Notes under the pieces: model-generated | The model's database searches: none | The model's input: only the letters and a program-made list of their open reading frames with translations | What the model was told of the DNA's origin: nothing | Virus record (IMG/VR): IMGVR_UViG_2706795740_000001 | Coordinates: 32,001-96,000 of that record | Length of the DNA stretch: 64,000 nucleotides | Source: a virus | Taxonomy: Duplodnaviria; Caudoviricetes | Reading direction: 5' to 3' (one strand) | Program-made: the position numbers and the translations under genes | Shown: positions 49,078 to 58,791 of the stretch, one piece after another | Layout: each line of letters opens with the position of its first letter | How positions within the stretch are numbered: position 1 is the stretch's first letter

Positions 49078-50272
49078 CTTCGCCACTTCCTTCAGGGCTA
49101 AGGTGTTCACTTGCATCCCACTCAGATAAGTCGATATCTACGCCCTTCATTTTGGCGTAAACCATGTGGTAAATCTTAGCCCACAATACTTCATCTTTCT
49201 GAAGTGCGTCACGCCATTGCCTTGCCCCCTGATACTTGGCAATCTGCTCACCAGTGACAGGGTCAATTAGTGTCATCCACCCAGAACCCTGAAGAAGCCC
49301 AAGGTACTGAGCCATGTTCAGAATGTTAGTGTAGTAATCCAAACCAAAGCCATAATAGAAATCCACTGCCGCTGTAGCTGACTGCTTGCCGCCGACCTTG
49401 TTCTTGACAACCTTGAACTTAATACGCTGACCAATAAACCTTGGCTCTAGCGGATTACTTTCCTCGAAATTAGGGTTTCCGAAGTCCTTGGTAGTTTGCG
49501 ACTTAGCGACCTCAATACGTTGAGCGCAAGCGTGCTTAAGTCGGTTTCCGCCCGGAGTACGATACGGATTCCATTGGTCTCCGATATTGTCCCGAACTTG
49601 GTTAAGGTTTATAATATGAGCACCAGATTCATACACAAGTCCACTGTCAATGCACTGTTCTACATAGCGTGTGACGGCACTAGAGATGCCCCCAACACGT
49701 GCGTTGCTCTCCCACTTCTTATCTTGCTCATAAGAAGCCTTGGAGACCAATGACCCGATAGAGTCAAGTAGAACAATACCCAAACGGTTACGGTATTTCG
49801 GATTCCTGAACAAGTCCTCGATACGTTGGAACATGTCTTCCGCATATGCTGGCTTGCCTTCAGGTTTTCCGATATACAGTATTTTCGAGAAATCTACGCC
49901 CATCTGCTCGGCATGTGCTTTCGAGTGATAGGAAGAGTTCTCAGGGTCGATGATTACATTCAGTCGGTCAGGGTGCGCTTGTTGGGTGGCGGCAATGGTA
50001 GAATAACCGATTGTAGACTTACCCGCAGATGGCTCACCGAACACCTCAGAAGCACGTCCGCCTGCAAACCCACCACCCAAAGCGTAGTCCAGTGTGGCTA
50101 CTCCTGTTGGATACCAAATGTCCACTTCGTCTTGCTTGTAGTTCTCAAACGCCGCAACAGAACCGTCTTTATATCGTTTCTTAAAGTCGCCCTCGATTTC
50201 TGAAAGCAAGTCTTCCACAGATATATTTTCTACTGCTTCATTCAACTCTTCTACTTTTGTCTTCTTTGCCAA
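49067..50272 (-). CDS. recA: RecA/UvsX recombinase
   Basis: TG...LD.ALGGG, GEPSAGKST, IDPE, LLDS, NQVRD, TPGG, VKNKV. Confidence 0.93.
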   Translation of the reverse strand: MAKKTKVEELNEAVENISVEDLLSEIEGDFKKRYKDGSVAAFENYKQDEVDIWYPTGVATLDYALGGGFAGGRASEVFGEPSAGKSTIGYSTIAATQQAHPDRLNVIIDPENSSYHSKAHAEQMGVDFSKILYIGKPEGKPAYAEDMFQRIEDLFRNPKYRNRLGIVLLDSIGSLVSKASYEQDKKWESNARVGGISSAVTRYVEQCIDSGLVYESGAHIINLNQVRDNIGDQWNPYRTPGGNRLKHACAQRIEVAKSQTTKDFGNPNFEESNPLEPRFIGQRIKFKVVKNKVGGKQSATAAVDFYYGFGLDYYTNILNMAQYLGLLQGSGWMTLIDPVTGEQIAKYQGARQWRDALQKDEVLWAKIYHMVYAKMKGVDIDLSEWDASEHLSPEGSGEDEQ

Positions 50273-50333
50273 ATGACTTCACTCCTTGATGTAGTTATGG
50301 TCATGGATGCCCTCTACAAAGGGCGGGGGTGAG

Positions 50334-50918
50334 CTATTGGCGGCAATGTAATCGAGGGTCTCCAAGACCAGCAAGGGCGATGTACACCGCACCTTCTTCA
50401 CTACAATCGCAGTCAGGAAAGGCGCACTCGGCTTCTACATCCTCGATGTGTTCAAAGAAGTCTTTAGCAACAACTGTTACAATCTTGTCGCCATCATGCA
50501 TGCGAATAACAGCCGCGTTACCAGTAGAGGCGTAATGGAACTCGCCTTCCTGAAGATCAAATTCTGCGGCTTCAATGACGATATCCTGAATTTCGTCATC
50601 GGACACTGGCTCGCCACCACAATATTCAAAGTCTTCAGGAAATAAAGGAGCGTATTCAAAATCTTCAGATGAGATAGCATCAGACAACTTATCACCCAAG
50701 ACTTTGATTTCCTCGCGAAGTTTAGCGTTCTCTTCAACAAGACGTTCAGCTTCCTTTGCTTTTGCGATCAACCCAATAAGACTTAACCCATCGCTCGCGG
50801 AGAGTGGGTTAGATGAAGTAATACCGCCCTCAGGGTCAATCACGATAATCCCACCGAACGGGCTTGCAATACCGCCTACGGGAGTGAAGCCACCAATGAA
50901 AGAGTTGAATTGTTTCAT
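50334..50918 (-). CDS. Hypothetical acidic protein
   Basis: RBS, downstream of promoter motif. Confidence 0.6.
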   Translation of the reverse strand: MKQFNSFIGGFTPVGGIASPFGGIIVIDPEGGITSSNPLSASDGLSLIGLIAKAKEAERLVEENAKLREEIKVLGDKLSDAISSEDFEYAPLFPEDFEYCGGEPVSDDEIQDIVIEAAEFDLQEGEFHYASTGNAAVIRMHDGDKIVTVVAKDFFEHIEDVEAECAFPDCDCSEEGAVYIALAGLGDPRLHCRQ

Positions 50919-50960
50919 ACTAGAAATACCTCCAATGTTATATTTAAGCCTTACACTTTT

Positions 50961-50990
50961 TATGGTCGCTGTTTCTATTGGGATAGTTGC
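50961..50990 (-). promoter_or_regulatory. Class I phage promoter
   Basis: GCAACT-N16-CGACCATA. Confidence 0.7.
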
Positions 50991-51250
50991 GGCGTCTCTG
51001 CGGGAGTTTCTTCACGATCAGTAGTCATTACATAGTCGCCGTTCTCATCGCGGTTAAACATAAAGATAGAATCTACTACCTTCATGCCAAAGTCTTTAGG
51101 AATGACCAGTTTGCCGCCTTGCTGTTCTGTAATATAGGACAGCATTTTGAATATAGCTTCGTTCTGCCCTTTCAGGAACATGATTTCTTTCTGCATCTGA
51201 GTAATGGTCGCTGATTGTCGAATGTCAATTAGGCCGTTAGTGTCTTTCAT
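50975..51250 (-). CDS. Hypothetical protein
   Basis: GGAGG RBS. Confidence 0.6.
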   Translation of the reverse strand: MKDTNGLIDIRQSATITQMQKEIMFLKGQNEAIFKMLSYITEQQGGKLVIPKDFGMKVVDSIFMFNRDENGDYVMTTDREETPAETPQLSQ

Positions 51251-51264
51251 TTATGAACCCTCCA

Positions 51265-51777
51265 TTAGCGTTGTCTGTTTGTGATTGCACGAGAGATAGC
51301 GAACTCGATTTTCTCCCAACGCTCAATCTTGCCCTCAAGCATGTTTAACGGACGTTTGGCTTCATTCAGTTTGTCCAGCACATATAATGTTACATCGTGC
51401 GAACCTGCTTCAGCCCCGCGCAACTCACGCCCTCCGTCTACTTCCTTAAAAATGTAGTCTTTGACATATTGCAGAGCACGCTCAAGAGTGTCCACCCTAT
51501 CGCGCCACACACCGCGTAGCCAGTAGGCATAACCAAGAAGACGTGTCCACTTCTCAAGGTAGTCCTCAAGCTGGAAGTTCTGGAGTCTAGTAATCCCTCC
51601 GGCGTTATCCATGAGAGCATCCCATTCATCCGGCAATGTCTCATAAATTTTGGGCGGGGCCACAGGAAAAACAATTCCCGCGTCTAGCAACTTCGAAGGA
51701 GCTTGAGCGTTACCGTCATCGAACCAACGTTCTACTATCTGATAAAGGCGTTGCTCTTGTTCGTAGCCGAGAGACAT
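51265..51777 (-). CDS. Helical protein, possibly UvsY-like
   Basis: Helical or coiled composition near recA; function is a guess. Confidence 0.5.
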   Translation of the reverse strand: MSLGYEQEQRLYQIVERWFDDGNAQAPSKLLDAGIVFPVAPPKIYETLPDEWDALMDNAGGITRLQNFQLEDYLEKWTRLLGYAYWLRGVWRDRVDTLERALQYVKDYIFKEVDGGRELRGAEAGSHDVTLYVLDKLNEAKRPLNMLEGKIERWEKIEFAISRAITNRQR

Positions 51778-51787
51778 AAGTTACCTC

Positions 51788-52285
51788 CTACTTTTTATTC
51801 TTCTTGCCTTTTGCTTTCACTCGGCGTACGGATACGCTTTCTGTGGTGTTGTTAAAGATGTAATCTAAGAAGCGTTGGTACGACAGTTTTCTATCCTCTA
51901 CAGCTTTCAGCAAGAATTTAGTATTAATGGAAGTAACAGACGCGCCCAAGTCCTTAGCTAACTCCTCCTTGTCCACTTTCTTGGTTGTACGCTCTGCCAA
52001 TTTGACCTTCAATTCATGTAGGTCAGTCCCGTCCAATGGTACAGTTAATTCGTACACAAGGCTGTTCTTCATCTCCTCTGCGATGTTGTACTTGACTTGT
52101 TCGAGACGCTCCACTAGTTTTTTGATATGCTCTTGAATAACAAATGCTTCACGGACGTAATTTTCCAAGTAAGTGGGAGAATCACCATGGCGCTCACGAG
52201 ACACTTCTACGCCGTCCTTGTAGCGGATAGTTTCGGATGGCTGTAGTTCTTGGCCATTGAAGGTGATTTTCGGCATGTTTTCCAT
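51788..52285 (-). CDS. Hypothetical protein
   Basis: RBS; basic C-terminus. Confidence 0.6.
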   Translation of the reverse strand: MENMPKITFNGQELQPSETIRYKDGVEVSRERHGDSPTYLENYVREAFVIQEHIKKLVERLEQVKYNIAEEMKNSLVYELTVPLDGTDLHELKVKLAERTTKKVDKEELAKDLGASVTSINTKFLLKAVEDRKLSYQRFLDYIFNNTTESVSVRRVKAKGKKNKK

Positions 52286-52304
52286 TATTTATTTCCCCCT
52301 AGAG

Positions 52305-52541
52305 TTATTTAGATGGTTTGCAAGTGATATCCGTTTTGGTAATGGCTACACTGCTTCCGTTGTTTCGTTCAACAAGGATGTAGTCACACCCGTCAACACT
52401 CATTCGGTAAACTGTCATGAAGCGTTTTTTGGCAATTACATGTAATTTTTCTAAGCCCTCTTCTTTAACTGTTTCACTTTCTTCTGCGCACCCCGTCAAC
52501 ATGAGGGCGGCTAAGATGAGCGGCACTAGCAGTTTTCTCAT
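52305..52541 (-). CDS. Small lipoprotein
   Basis: Lipobox LTGC. Confidence 0.65.
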   Translation of the reverse strand: MRKLLVPLILAALMLTGCAEESETVKEEGLEKLHVIAKKRFMTVYRMSVDGCDYILVERNNGSSVAITKTDITCKPSK

Positions 52542-53059
52542 AGGAAGTCCTCCTTAAGAAAGTGGTTGATATAGCCTGCGTACCCTACAGCCACAGCATC
52601 AGACTCGTTATCGTTATTCCACTCATTCGGTAATCCCAATATTTCAGCAATTCCTTCCTGCACTTCTATCTTCTCGGCCCTTCCGTTTCCAGTAGCAACT
52701 TTCTTGACAGTAGTCACTGCAATTTCGATTAACTCCATACCGACAAGTTCTGACTCCATCGCTCCGCGAGCCTTGAATACCCCGTGATTCGATCTATTCT
52801 GCTTACCCTTTGTGAAACCCATCTCTGAGAAGACCTTGTTGTAGAGAGGTTGATATTTAGCGCGTAGTTCCTTTACCTTTGCTTGAATCAGGGCAAGCTT
52901 TACGCTGTGGGGCGCGTCTCCCCAAGTGGCGTTTCGACCGGACACCATGCCCTTCTCCGCAAGACGGGGATTCTTGTATCGCACGTCTAGGACGGCGTAC
53001 CCGAACCCGTCAAGCGATGGGTCAAAGGAAAGGATGAACTGCGGCTTAGGAGTTGACAA
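52538..53059 (-). CDS. RuvC-like Holliday junction resolvase (start uncertain)
   Basis: ILSFDPS..GFGYAV, VKKVATGNGRAEK, NESDAVAVG. Confidence 0.85.
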   Translation of the reverse strand: MSTPKPQFILSFDPSLDGFGYAVLDVRYKNPRLAEKGMVSGRNATWGDAPHSVKLALIQAKVKELRAKYQPLYNKVFSEMGFTKGKQNRSNHGVFKARGAMESELVGMELIEIAVTTVKKVATGNGRAEKIEVQEGIAEILGLPNEWNNDNESDAVAVGYAGYINHFLKEDFL

Positions 53060-53438
53060 GTCGAGTGTAGTCCGACAGAAGTTTTGCAAACTCAGGGTCG
53101 CTCTGAGCAAGCATGTTGTATACGATGCTGTCTTCCAGTTGTTGACGGCGTTCTTCAAGACGTGCCTTCAGCTTCTTTGCTTCTTTCTCACGGAACTTGC
53201 GGCGATTGTGAGTAGTCATATCAATCTTCTGGATAACCCAAGCTGTAGCTCTCTCGTAAGTCTCACCGATAGCAAGGCGAATCACCGTCTTTACGGTGGC
53301 GATTTGCAGACCGTGGCGGGTCTCGACAACAACCTTATCCCCGATTCCGATATCAATTACTTCGCACTCATACTTGAAGTCGTATTCCTTGCTATATGAG
53401 CAGTCATCAAACTTAACTCCGATAATGTAATTCACCAT
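53046..53438 (-). CDS. Hypothetical protein (PSP1-N-like)
   Basis: GVKF..KEYDF..GDKVVVET pattern. Confidence 0.55.
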   Translation of the reverse strand: MVNYIIGVKFDDCSYSKEYDFKYECEVIDIGIGDKVVVETRHGLQIATVKTVIRLAIGETYERATAWVIQKIDMTTHNRRKFREKEAKKLKARLEERRQQLEDSIVYNMLAQSDPEFAKLLSDYTRLVNS

Positions 53439-53609
53439 TCCTACCCCTCCACTGGAACAAGTCTTGTAAAAATGTCGATATAGTCTGCTTTGTTCATCTC
53501 CATAAGCATTTCTAACTTCTCCTGCTCTGGTTCAATGTCTACCACCATTTCAATAGGCGATTTAGTGGCGGACAAGAAGCCGATACGGAGAACAACCTTA
53601 CGTTCTAAC

Positions 53610-54521
53610 TTAGGCAATACTCTCACGCTCCTTGATGATCTCCTTAACAAGTGGGGCGACAGTCTTACCCAAGTACCTTAAGGCTACCTTGTCATTGAAA
53701 GGCTCTACTTCGCAGTAGTACATGCCTTCCTCTGCCATGATGTCATCCAAGATATTGAGGTTTTTCAGAATAGTCCCCATTTCTTCGACCCCGAAATTCG
53801 GGGAAACTACTCCTGCATCTATCAGTTTCAGGAGTAGTTTTTCTACCCGTGCTTTTGTCACATAATTGCTTAAGAACAAGGCTTCGGGTGGCTGTTTCAC
53901 AGGGTCGCGCGGTAGCTTTTGTGGCTGGACTTCAGCAAATGCTTCAGAAACAAGTTTTACAAACATTTGCTCTTTATCCCCGAATGGTGTACGATAAGAA
54001 TAATTTTTAACTACGATACCCTCTCCGCCTGTTGGGTTATCAGCCAAAGCTGAACGTCCTACAAAGCGCATGAGGTGGTCAAACCCTTGATAAAGCCCTG
54101 CGTACAACACGGGGGCGAGTTGAAGATTTAGCTCAAAAGCTTCGATAACTACCATCGGGAAATCCATGTACACATCGGACTTTTCTTGGTAAACATCGAA
54201 CAAATAAAATTGATTTTTATTGACTCCATATTGCACCTTGTGCTGAACTAACCACTCGCCAAAGTAGATTCGGTTCGGCATAAGGTCATCGGGGTCAATG
54301 TTTTTGTGTGCCCATTGATAGAAGCCGCGGAGGTTGTTACTCTCATCCAGTTTGGTATTCCGACTAAAGCACTCAAGTGCGCCGCCCGCACCTCTTTTGA
54401 AGCTGGCGTTCGCGCCATCAAGTTTTTCAAATACTACGACATAGTCTCCATCTTGCAGTACACCCTCGGTGGAGCGGTGTCCAAAACGTGTGATGGACAT
54501 ATATTTCTTTTGGTTAGACAT
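53610..54521 (-). CDS. RNA ligase (Rnl2-like)
   Basis: EKLDGAN, FGEW, FYLFDV, EGIVVK, VKLV; RBS favours ATG 54521. Confidence 0.85.
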   Translation of the reverse strand: MSNQKKYMSITRFGHRSTEGVLQDGDYVVVFEKLDGANASFKRGAGGALECFSRNTKLDESNNLRGFYQWAHKNIDPDDLMPNRIYFGEWLVQHKVQYGVNKNQFYLFDVYQEKSDVYMDFPMVVIEAFELNLQLAPVLYAGLYQGFDHLMRFVGRSALADNPTGGEGIVVKNYSYRTPFGDKEQMFVKLVSEAFAEVQPQKLPRDPVKQPPEALFLSNYVTKARVEKLLLKLIDAGVVSPNFGVEEMGTILKNLNILDDIMAEEGMYYCEVEPFNDKVALRYLGKTVAPLVKEIIKERESIA

Positions 54522-54909
54522 GTAAGAAGTCCCCCTTAATCTCTCTGATAATGTCGATCTTACTGTCATACTGTGACCAGTCCAGCGTGGCGTGGCAGTC
54601 ATGGCTGTAGTTCCGATAAGTAGTGATGACATTCTGAGTGTCAGGTTCAAACACCGCACACACTTCACAATTTCTACCAACTAGAAAGTGCCCTCGGTAA
54701 AGAATCCGATGCTTCCCGTCTACTTGGTGATACTCTACAATTGAGCCTTCAGTAAGAACACGTAAGGCATCCACTTTCGTTACCATACGCCCTCTGACTC
54801 TCTTGAAAGAATACAAAGTAAAGCTCCAATTGCTTACTTTGCCAACATATTGGTTAAGAAACTCTAATTCCTTACTGCTCATCTGAGTGTGATGTTTTCT
54901 CATCTTCAT
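54514..54909 (-). CDS. DUF4258-like protein
   Basis: G.IVEY...RIL.RG...VCAV.....VITTY.N...D.H.TLD pattern. Confidence 0.5.
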   Translation of the reverse strand: MKMRKHHTQMSSKELEFLNQYVGKVSNWSFTLYSFKRVRGRMVTKVDALRVLTEGSIVEYHQVDGKHRILYRGHFLVGRNCEVCAVFEPDTQNVITTYRNYSHDCHATLDWSQYDSKIDIIREIKGDFLHV

Positions 54910-54925
54910 GTACCTCCCTACTCTT

Positions 54926-54955
54926 TATGGTCGAACCATGTCATTGATTAGTTGT
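54926..54955 (-). promoter_or_regulatory. Class I phage promoter (variant copy also at 54987..55016)
   Basis: ACAACT-N16-CGACCATA. Confidence 0.65.
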
Positions 54956-55072
54956 GGTCAGCGTTTCATCATTTGCCTTACAACTTTTATGTGGTGAGAT
55001 AGGAGGATACAGTTGAGAATCCATAAAAAGCCCTTCAAGAAAGGCAACTTCTTGAAGGGTCTAGGGAATTTT

Positions 55073-55936
55073 CTAGGAATTGTATGCTTGAAATGTCGGG
55101 CATAGTCGGCTATAGCCACAGAAATTCTTACAATAAAACTCTTGGTACTGTGCTGGAAAATTACCAGAATTGCGATAGTGAAGCATCTTCATAAACTGAA
55201 AATGTATGGTATTCTTCACTCTAGTCAAGTCTTCAAGGGGAATAGATACCTCGGCTATTTTATTAAATCTAGTAAAATGGTATCGGTACGTATGAGGAAT
55301 CTCTCCAAACAGAAAATAACAAGCCATCCCATACTTTTGCAATTGAGACTTCTGCATGATTGCGTTCTTACTGTATGGCTTGGACGTTTTATAGTCAGTT
55401 ACAATAAGACCATTCTCGTCTCGTTCTACTTTATCAATAAACCCAATGAGTGGGGGCAAGCCTGCAATCAAGTCAATCTTGAAAGCTGTCTCAATACCAA
55501 CAACCTTAGACCAATCCATGTCTGGCAAAGAAAAAATAAACGTCAATCCTTGACTATAGTATTCGTTCTTTTTTTCAGGGGTTGGGAACTCGATCATAGG
55601 GAATAGTTCTTCATAGATAGCAAGCATCTCTTTGAGAGTAAGTCCTTGCTCCCGCTCCATAAGACGGTTTCCGTAGGAATCCATATAAGAATGAATATTC
55701 TCTTTATTGTTTTCCCTAGAAACCGTAAAAGGAATATCCCTATAAAAGTTAGTTCTTGGGTAATACTCTGCAAAAAAGTGCATAAGAGAGCCATATTGAG
55801 CGTAAAAGTTGACTACTCCCTCCTGCTTAGGCTTATCGGGGTTCATGTACCTGTGATAGTAGGTAAGAGGACACGCTTCGAACCTATCCAAGCTACTATT
55901 TGATAACTGGGTTATCGGTAGGCTTTGCAACATCAT
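55073..55936 (-). CDS. PD-(D/E)XK nuclease, AddB/RecB-like
   Basis: LSNSSL..F..CP, GFIDKVE, VTDYKT, QL.KY, C..C....C. Confidence 0.88.
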   Translation of the reverse strand: MMLQSLPITQLSNSSLDRFEACPLTYYHRYMNPDKPKQEGVVNFYAQYGSLMHFFAEYYPRTNFYRDIPFTVSRENNKENIHSYMDSYGNRLMEREQGLTLKEMLAIYEELFPMIEFPTPEKKNEYYSQGLTFIFSLPDMDWSKVVGIETAFKIDLIAGLPPLIGFIDKVERDENGLIVTDYKTSKPYSKNAIMQKSQLQKYGMACYFLFGEIPHTYRYHFTRFNKIAEVSIPLEDLTRVKNTIHFQFMKMLHYRNSGNFPAQYQEFYCKNFCGYSRLCPTFQAYNS

Positions 55937-56228
55937 CCTTCACCTCTTCTGCTTTAATACTCCAATGTGTCACCTTAGAAAAAAGAACCCCTGTTACCTC
56001 TCCCTTGATGTTCTCCACCGCAAAAATCTCGTTCTCGCGATGGTACTTACTAAACACCTGCTTGTATCCTTTTAGTACATCCTTGACATTCTTGAGAACA
56101 ATCTCTACAGGCTTCGCTTCCCCGTCTTTCCCGGCTATCCCTACCATCTTAGCGTCACCCACAAGCCACTCGACCCGTCTGGTTTTTCCATTGTCAAGGA
56201 AGAATATGGCAGTCATCTTCACCTTCAT
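55896..56228 (-). CDS. Hypothetical protein
   Basis: ORF in tight operon. Confidence 0.55.
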   Translation of the reverse strand: MKVKMTAIFFLDNGKTRRVEWLVGDAKMVGIAGKDGEAKPVEIVLKNVKDVLKGYKQVFSKYHRENEIFAVENIKGEVTGVLFSKVTHWSIKAEEVKDDVAKPTDNPVIK

Positions 56229-56563
56229 TCCTTCTCACCTTCTTCCGTTGACGTGTAGCGGTAGTCCCTGAAGTCCTTAATATGAATTTCAATATCTTTC
56301 ATCCATCCAGACTCTTCATTTAACATCTTCTCGACTATTTCAAGGTCTGTAAGATTCTTCTTACTGACCGGAGGTATAATAGATTCTTCTCCTAACTCAT
56401 ACCGTTTCCACCAGCGGCGCAGAGTCTCAAGAGTTAAGGTCTGATTCAAGAAATTTCCGCAGTGGTTGCACCAAAGAACCAATGACTTATCGCACTCCAT
56501 CTCTTCCGGTGTAAAGGAAGATTTGCCCCCGCAGTGGGGGCATTGATTTGTAAAGCCTATCAT
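56225..56563 (-). CDS. Zinc-ribbon protein
   Basis: CPHC...CNHC. Confidence 0.6.
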   Translation of the reverse strand: MIGFTNQCPHCGGKSSFTPEEMECDKSLVLWCNHCGNFLNQTLTLETLRRWWKRYELGEESIIPPVSKKNLTDLEIVEKMLNEESGWMKDIEIHIKDFRDYRYTSTEEGEKE

Positions 56564-56802
56564 TCTTCCTCACCTTCGTCCTCAACATCTGATTCAACAA
56601 TATCGAAAGTAATGTCCATGTGGTCATCAGCTATGTGCCGTTCTTCACCGTCAAACGTTACGATGAAGTATGCTCGTTGCATTCTATTTGGAGCGGAAAT
56701 AAAGCCAGTGATTTTACCTACTGCACCTTTTGGTACTAGAACGGTATGTCCTGCTTTTATATCTTCCTTTGCCTTAATTACCTGACCAACTTCATATGTC
56801 AT
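56560..56802 (-). CDS. Hypothetical SH3-like protein
   Basis: RBS, operon. Confidence 0.55.
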   Translation of the reverse strand: MTYEVGQVIKAKEDIKAGHTVLVPKGAVGKITGFISAPNRMQRAYFIVTFDGEERHIADDHMDITFDIVESDVEDEGEEE

Positions 56803-56836
56803 TTATTTCACCTCAAGGTTTGTGGTTGGACTGGAA

Positions 56837-57211
56837 TTACTTCGAGTTACGTAGGTTGTTGCGTAGTTTGCTCCATTGATTCTTTACTTTGTCTGTACCT
56901 TTTTGAAGTTCAGTGACATCGTTATTCTCTGTTACAGGGCGAATGAAGGAGGAAATAAGAGACAGGCCTGCAAACACAGAAGGAAGCATAGATACTGTGA
57001 TGGTAGTATGAAAGATTGTGGATAACGCCCCTGCTACGAAACTGCCTGCCACAAACGCCACACCGTGACCAATTACCCAACCAATCAATATTGCCAGCAG
57101 AGGCTTTAGGATGAGTAACAAAGCCACTAGAGAAAGACCCGCCGCGCCAATACCTGCGCTAATTGCTGTTACTCCCAAGCCCACTAAGATTGCGTCCATA
57201 ATCTTTTTCAT
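56837..57211 (-). CDS. Membrane protein
   Basis: Several hydrophobic helices. Confidence 0.6.
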   Translation of the reverse strand: MKKIMDAILVGLGVTAISAGIGAAGLSLVALLLILKPLLAILIGWVIGHGVAFVAGSFVAGALSTIFHTTITVSMLPSVFAGLSLISSFIRPVTENNDVTELQKGTDKVKNQWSKLRNNLRNSK

Positions 57212-57426
57212 TGTCTTGTTTCCCCCTTGAAATATTTAAAATAATCATAATTTTCACTAACAGGCTCGTACTGAATGTCGTTGTCAGCGTGATACGGCTC
57301 TGTATGAATCACCTTTAATTCTTGAATGTCCCTCGGAATGCCGTTAGGATACGCCATGCAAGTCATGGCCGCCCTGTCGTCCCTATTAAAGTGCTTGCAG
57401 AATATGCAAGGTACTGTAATATCCAT
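57208..57426 (-). CDS. Cys-rich small protein, putative immunity to the metallopeptidase
   Basis: CxxCxH..CxAYPxGIPxDI....H..P...DxxIxYE signature. Confidence 0.6.
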   Translation of the reverse strand: MDITVPCIFCKHFNRDDRAAMTCMAYPNGIPRDIQELKVIHTEPYHADNDIQYEPVSENYDYFKYFKGETRQ

Positions 57427-57438
57427 ACAAACCCTCCC

Positions 57439-57648
57439 CTAGAAGTCGTACTCCTGTTCTTCAGGTTCTTTCAAATCCATTCCTAGAATGCAACCAATCT
57501 CATAGAGGACATGAGACTCCCCGCAGTTACAACCGTCTTCAAAAACGTCTGTACTGTTACCCATAGACCTCTCTTCTGTGTACCCGCAAGCCACGGCGCT
57601 GTACCTAGTTTCGATAAGTTCTTTAATCTTCAAGATTTTGTCGTCCAT
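57439..57648 (-). CDS. Small acidic hypothetical protein
   Basis: GGAGG RBS. Confidence 0.6.
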   Translation of the reverse strand: MDDKILKIKELIETRYSAVACGYTEERSMGNSTDVFEDGCNCGESHVLYEIGCILGMDLKEPEEQEYDF

Positions 57649-57669
57649 GCTTACCTCCTGAATTTTTTA

Positions 57670-58791
57670 TTACCAACCAGAGCACTTATAACCGCCGTAC
57701 TGTTCATACCACTCCCATATCTTAGGGTCGATATGGACTCCAGTTATCTTGGCAGTGAATGTCTCAGGCATTAACTCGATAGGAAACCACTTTGTCGCAT
57801 AGTTGCATAAGTTATTTGCAATGTACGTTGCGTCAGCATTGTTTAGGATTGTCTTAGCTCCGTAGTTATCAGGGTCTAGCTCTGAAATCTTATAAAACTG
57901 CTTCTCCCCTACATTATGGAAGTGCAACCAGTGACCGATTTCATGGATGGCCGTTCGCAACTTGTTTGGCGAAGACTTTTGCCCTGAGTCGTACTCTGCT
58001 TGAGCAATCTGTGCGGCGTTCTTAAAGTCGTATTTATTGTGTATCACGACCTCGCCTGTAGGTGGATTGAAATAGCCATTTGCGCCGTTTGCGTTCTTGA
58101 TGTTAATGGTCAGCTTGTGCTTCTGAATCATGTCAGCAAAGCCGCCACATGTATTCAATAGAAAAGCCAATGCTTCAGTCACGTAGTTTGCGGCATCTAG
58201 CTTCTTTGCAAAGTTAACATCAACACCCAAGTCATTAGCCCATTTCTCAGCTTCATCAACAGAAGTGAACGGTTGCCACGTGATAGGGAGCTGAATACCT
58301 CCGCCAGCGGGTGGGGCTGGAGGTTCTTGATTGTCAGGCAGTTCTGGCGGCGGGTCAGGATAAGTCCCCAAGTCTGTTGTACCTGTCAGTTCCAAATCGA
58401 CTTCAGGGTCAGTCAAGAAGTGATACATAAGTTCAATTTTCTTGCTGTCTCCATGTGGTGTGCGGAACTCGAACACGAACTCTTTTCCTGCTTTGACGGG
58501 GTGGGCCACCATAAATGGCAGTCCTTCTTCCCAATTCTTACAGTGGATGTTCTTTGCTACTTGTTTACCATCGACTGTAAGATTCCAATAGTCTTCTGGA
58601 CTCGGCATACTAGAACGGATAGATACAGCGTAGAACTCAAGGTCATGGGACATGTAGAACACGTCCTTTATTGCCCTATCGCCTTGAGCCTTGCTTGGAA
58701 TCTCAATTGACCTGCCGACAAAATGCGGAGAAGTTTTAGTAGGATAATAGGGAGGGTCTAGCCTACCGCCGACAATGTACCTTGAAAACAC
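57670..58791 (-). CDS. Fusion of structural-module paralogue domain, Pro linker and HExxH metallopeptidase
   Basis: N-terminal ~128 aa paralogous to 2102..2488; PDPPPELP..PPAPPA linker; AIHEIGH and YA....E..PE.F motifs. Confidence 0.8.
   Translation of the reverse strand: MFSRYIVGGRLDPPYYPTKTSPHFVGRSIEIPSKAQGDRAIKDVFYMSHDLEFYAVSIRSSMPSPEDYWNLTVDGKQVAKNIHCKNWEEGLPFMVAHPVKAGKEFVFEFRTPHGDSKKIELMYHFLTDPEVDLELTGTTDLGTYPDPPPELPDNQEPPAPPAGGGIQLPITWQPFTSVDEAEKWANDLGVDVNFAKKLDAANYVTEALAFLLNTCGGFADMIQKHKLTINIKNANGANGYFNPPTGEVVIHNKYDFKNAAQIAQAEYDSGQKSSPNKLRTAIHEIGHWLHFHNVGEKQFYKISELDPDNYGAKTILNNADATYIANNLCNYATKWFPIELMPETFTAKITGVHIDPKIWEWYEQYGGYKCSGW

Noticed and set aside
50296-50325. Additional class I promoters upstream of recA (and near 43943 upstream of nrdJ)
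   Set aside because: Only a partial -10-like box; no GCAACT at 16-nt spacing
55073-55936. Cas4 as part of a CRISPR system
   Set aside because: No other cas genes or array; fits a stand-alone AddB/RecB-like phage nuclease
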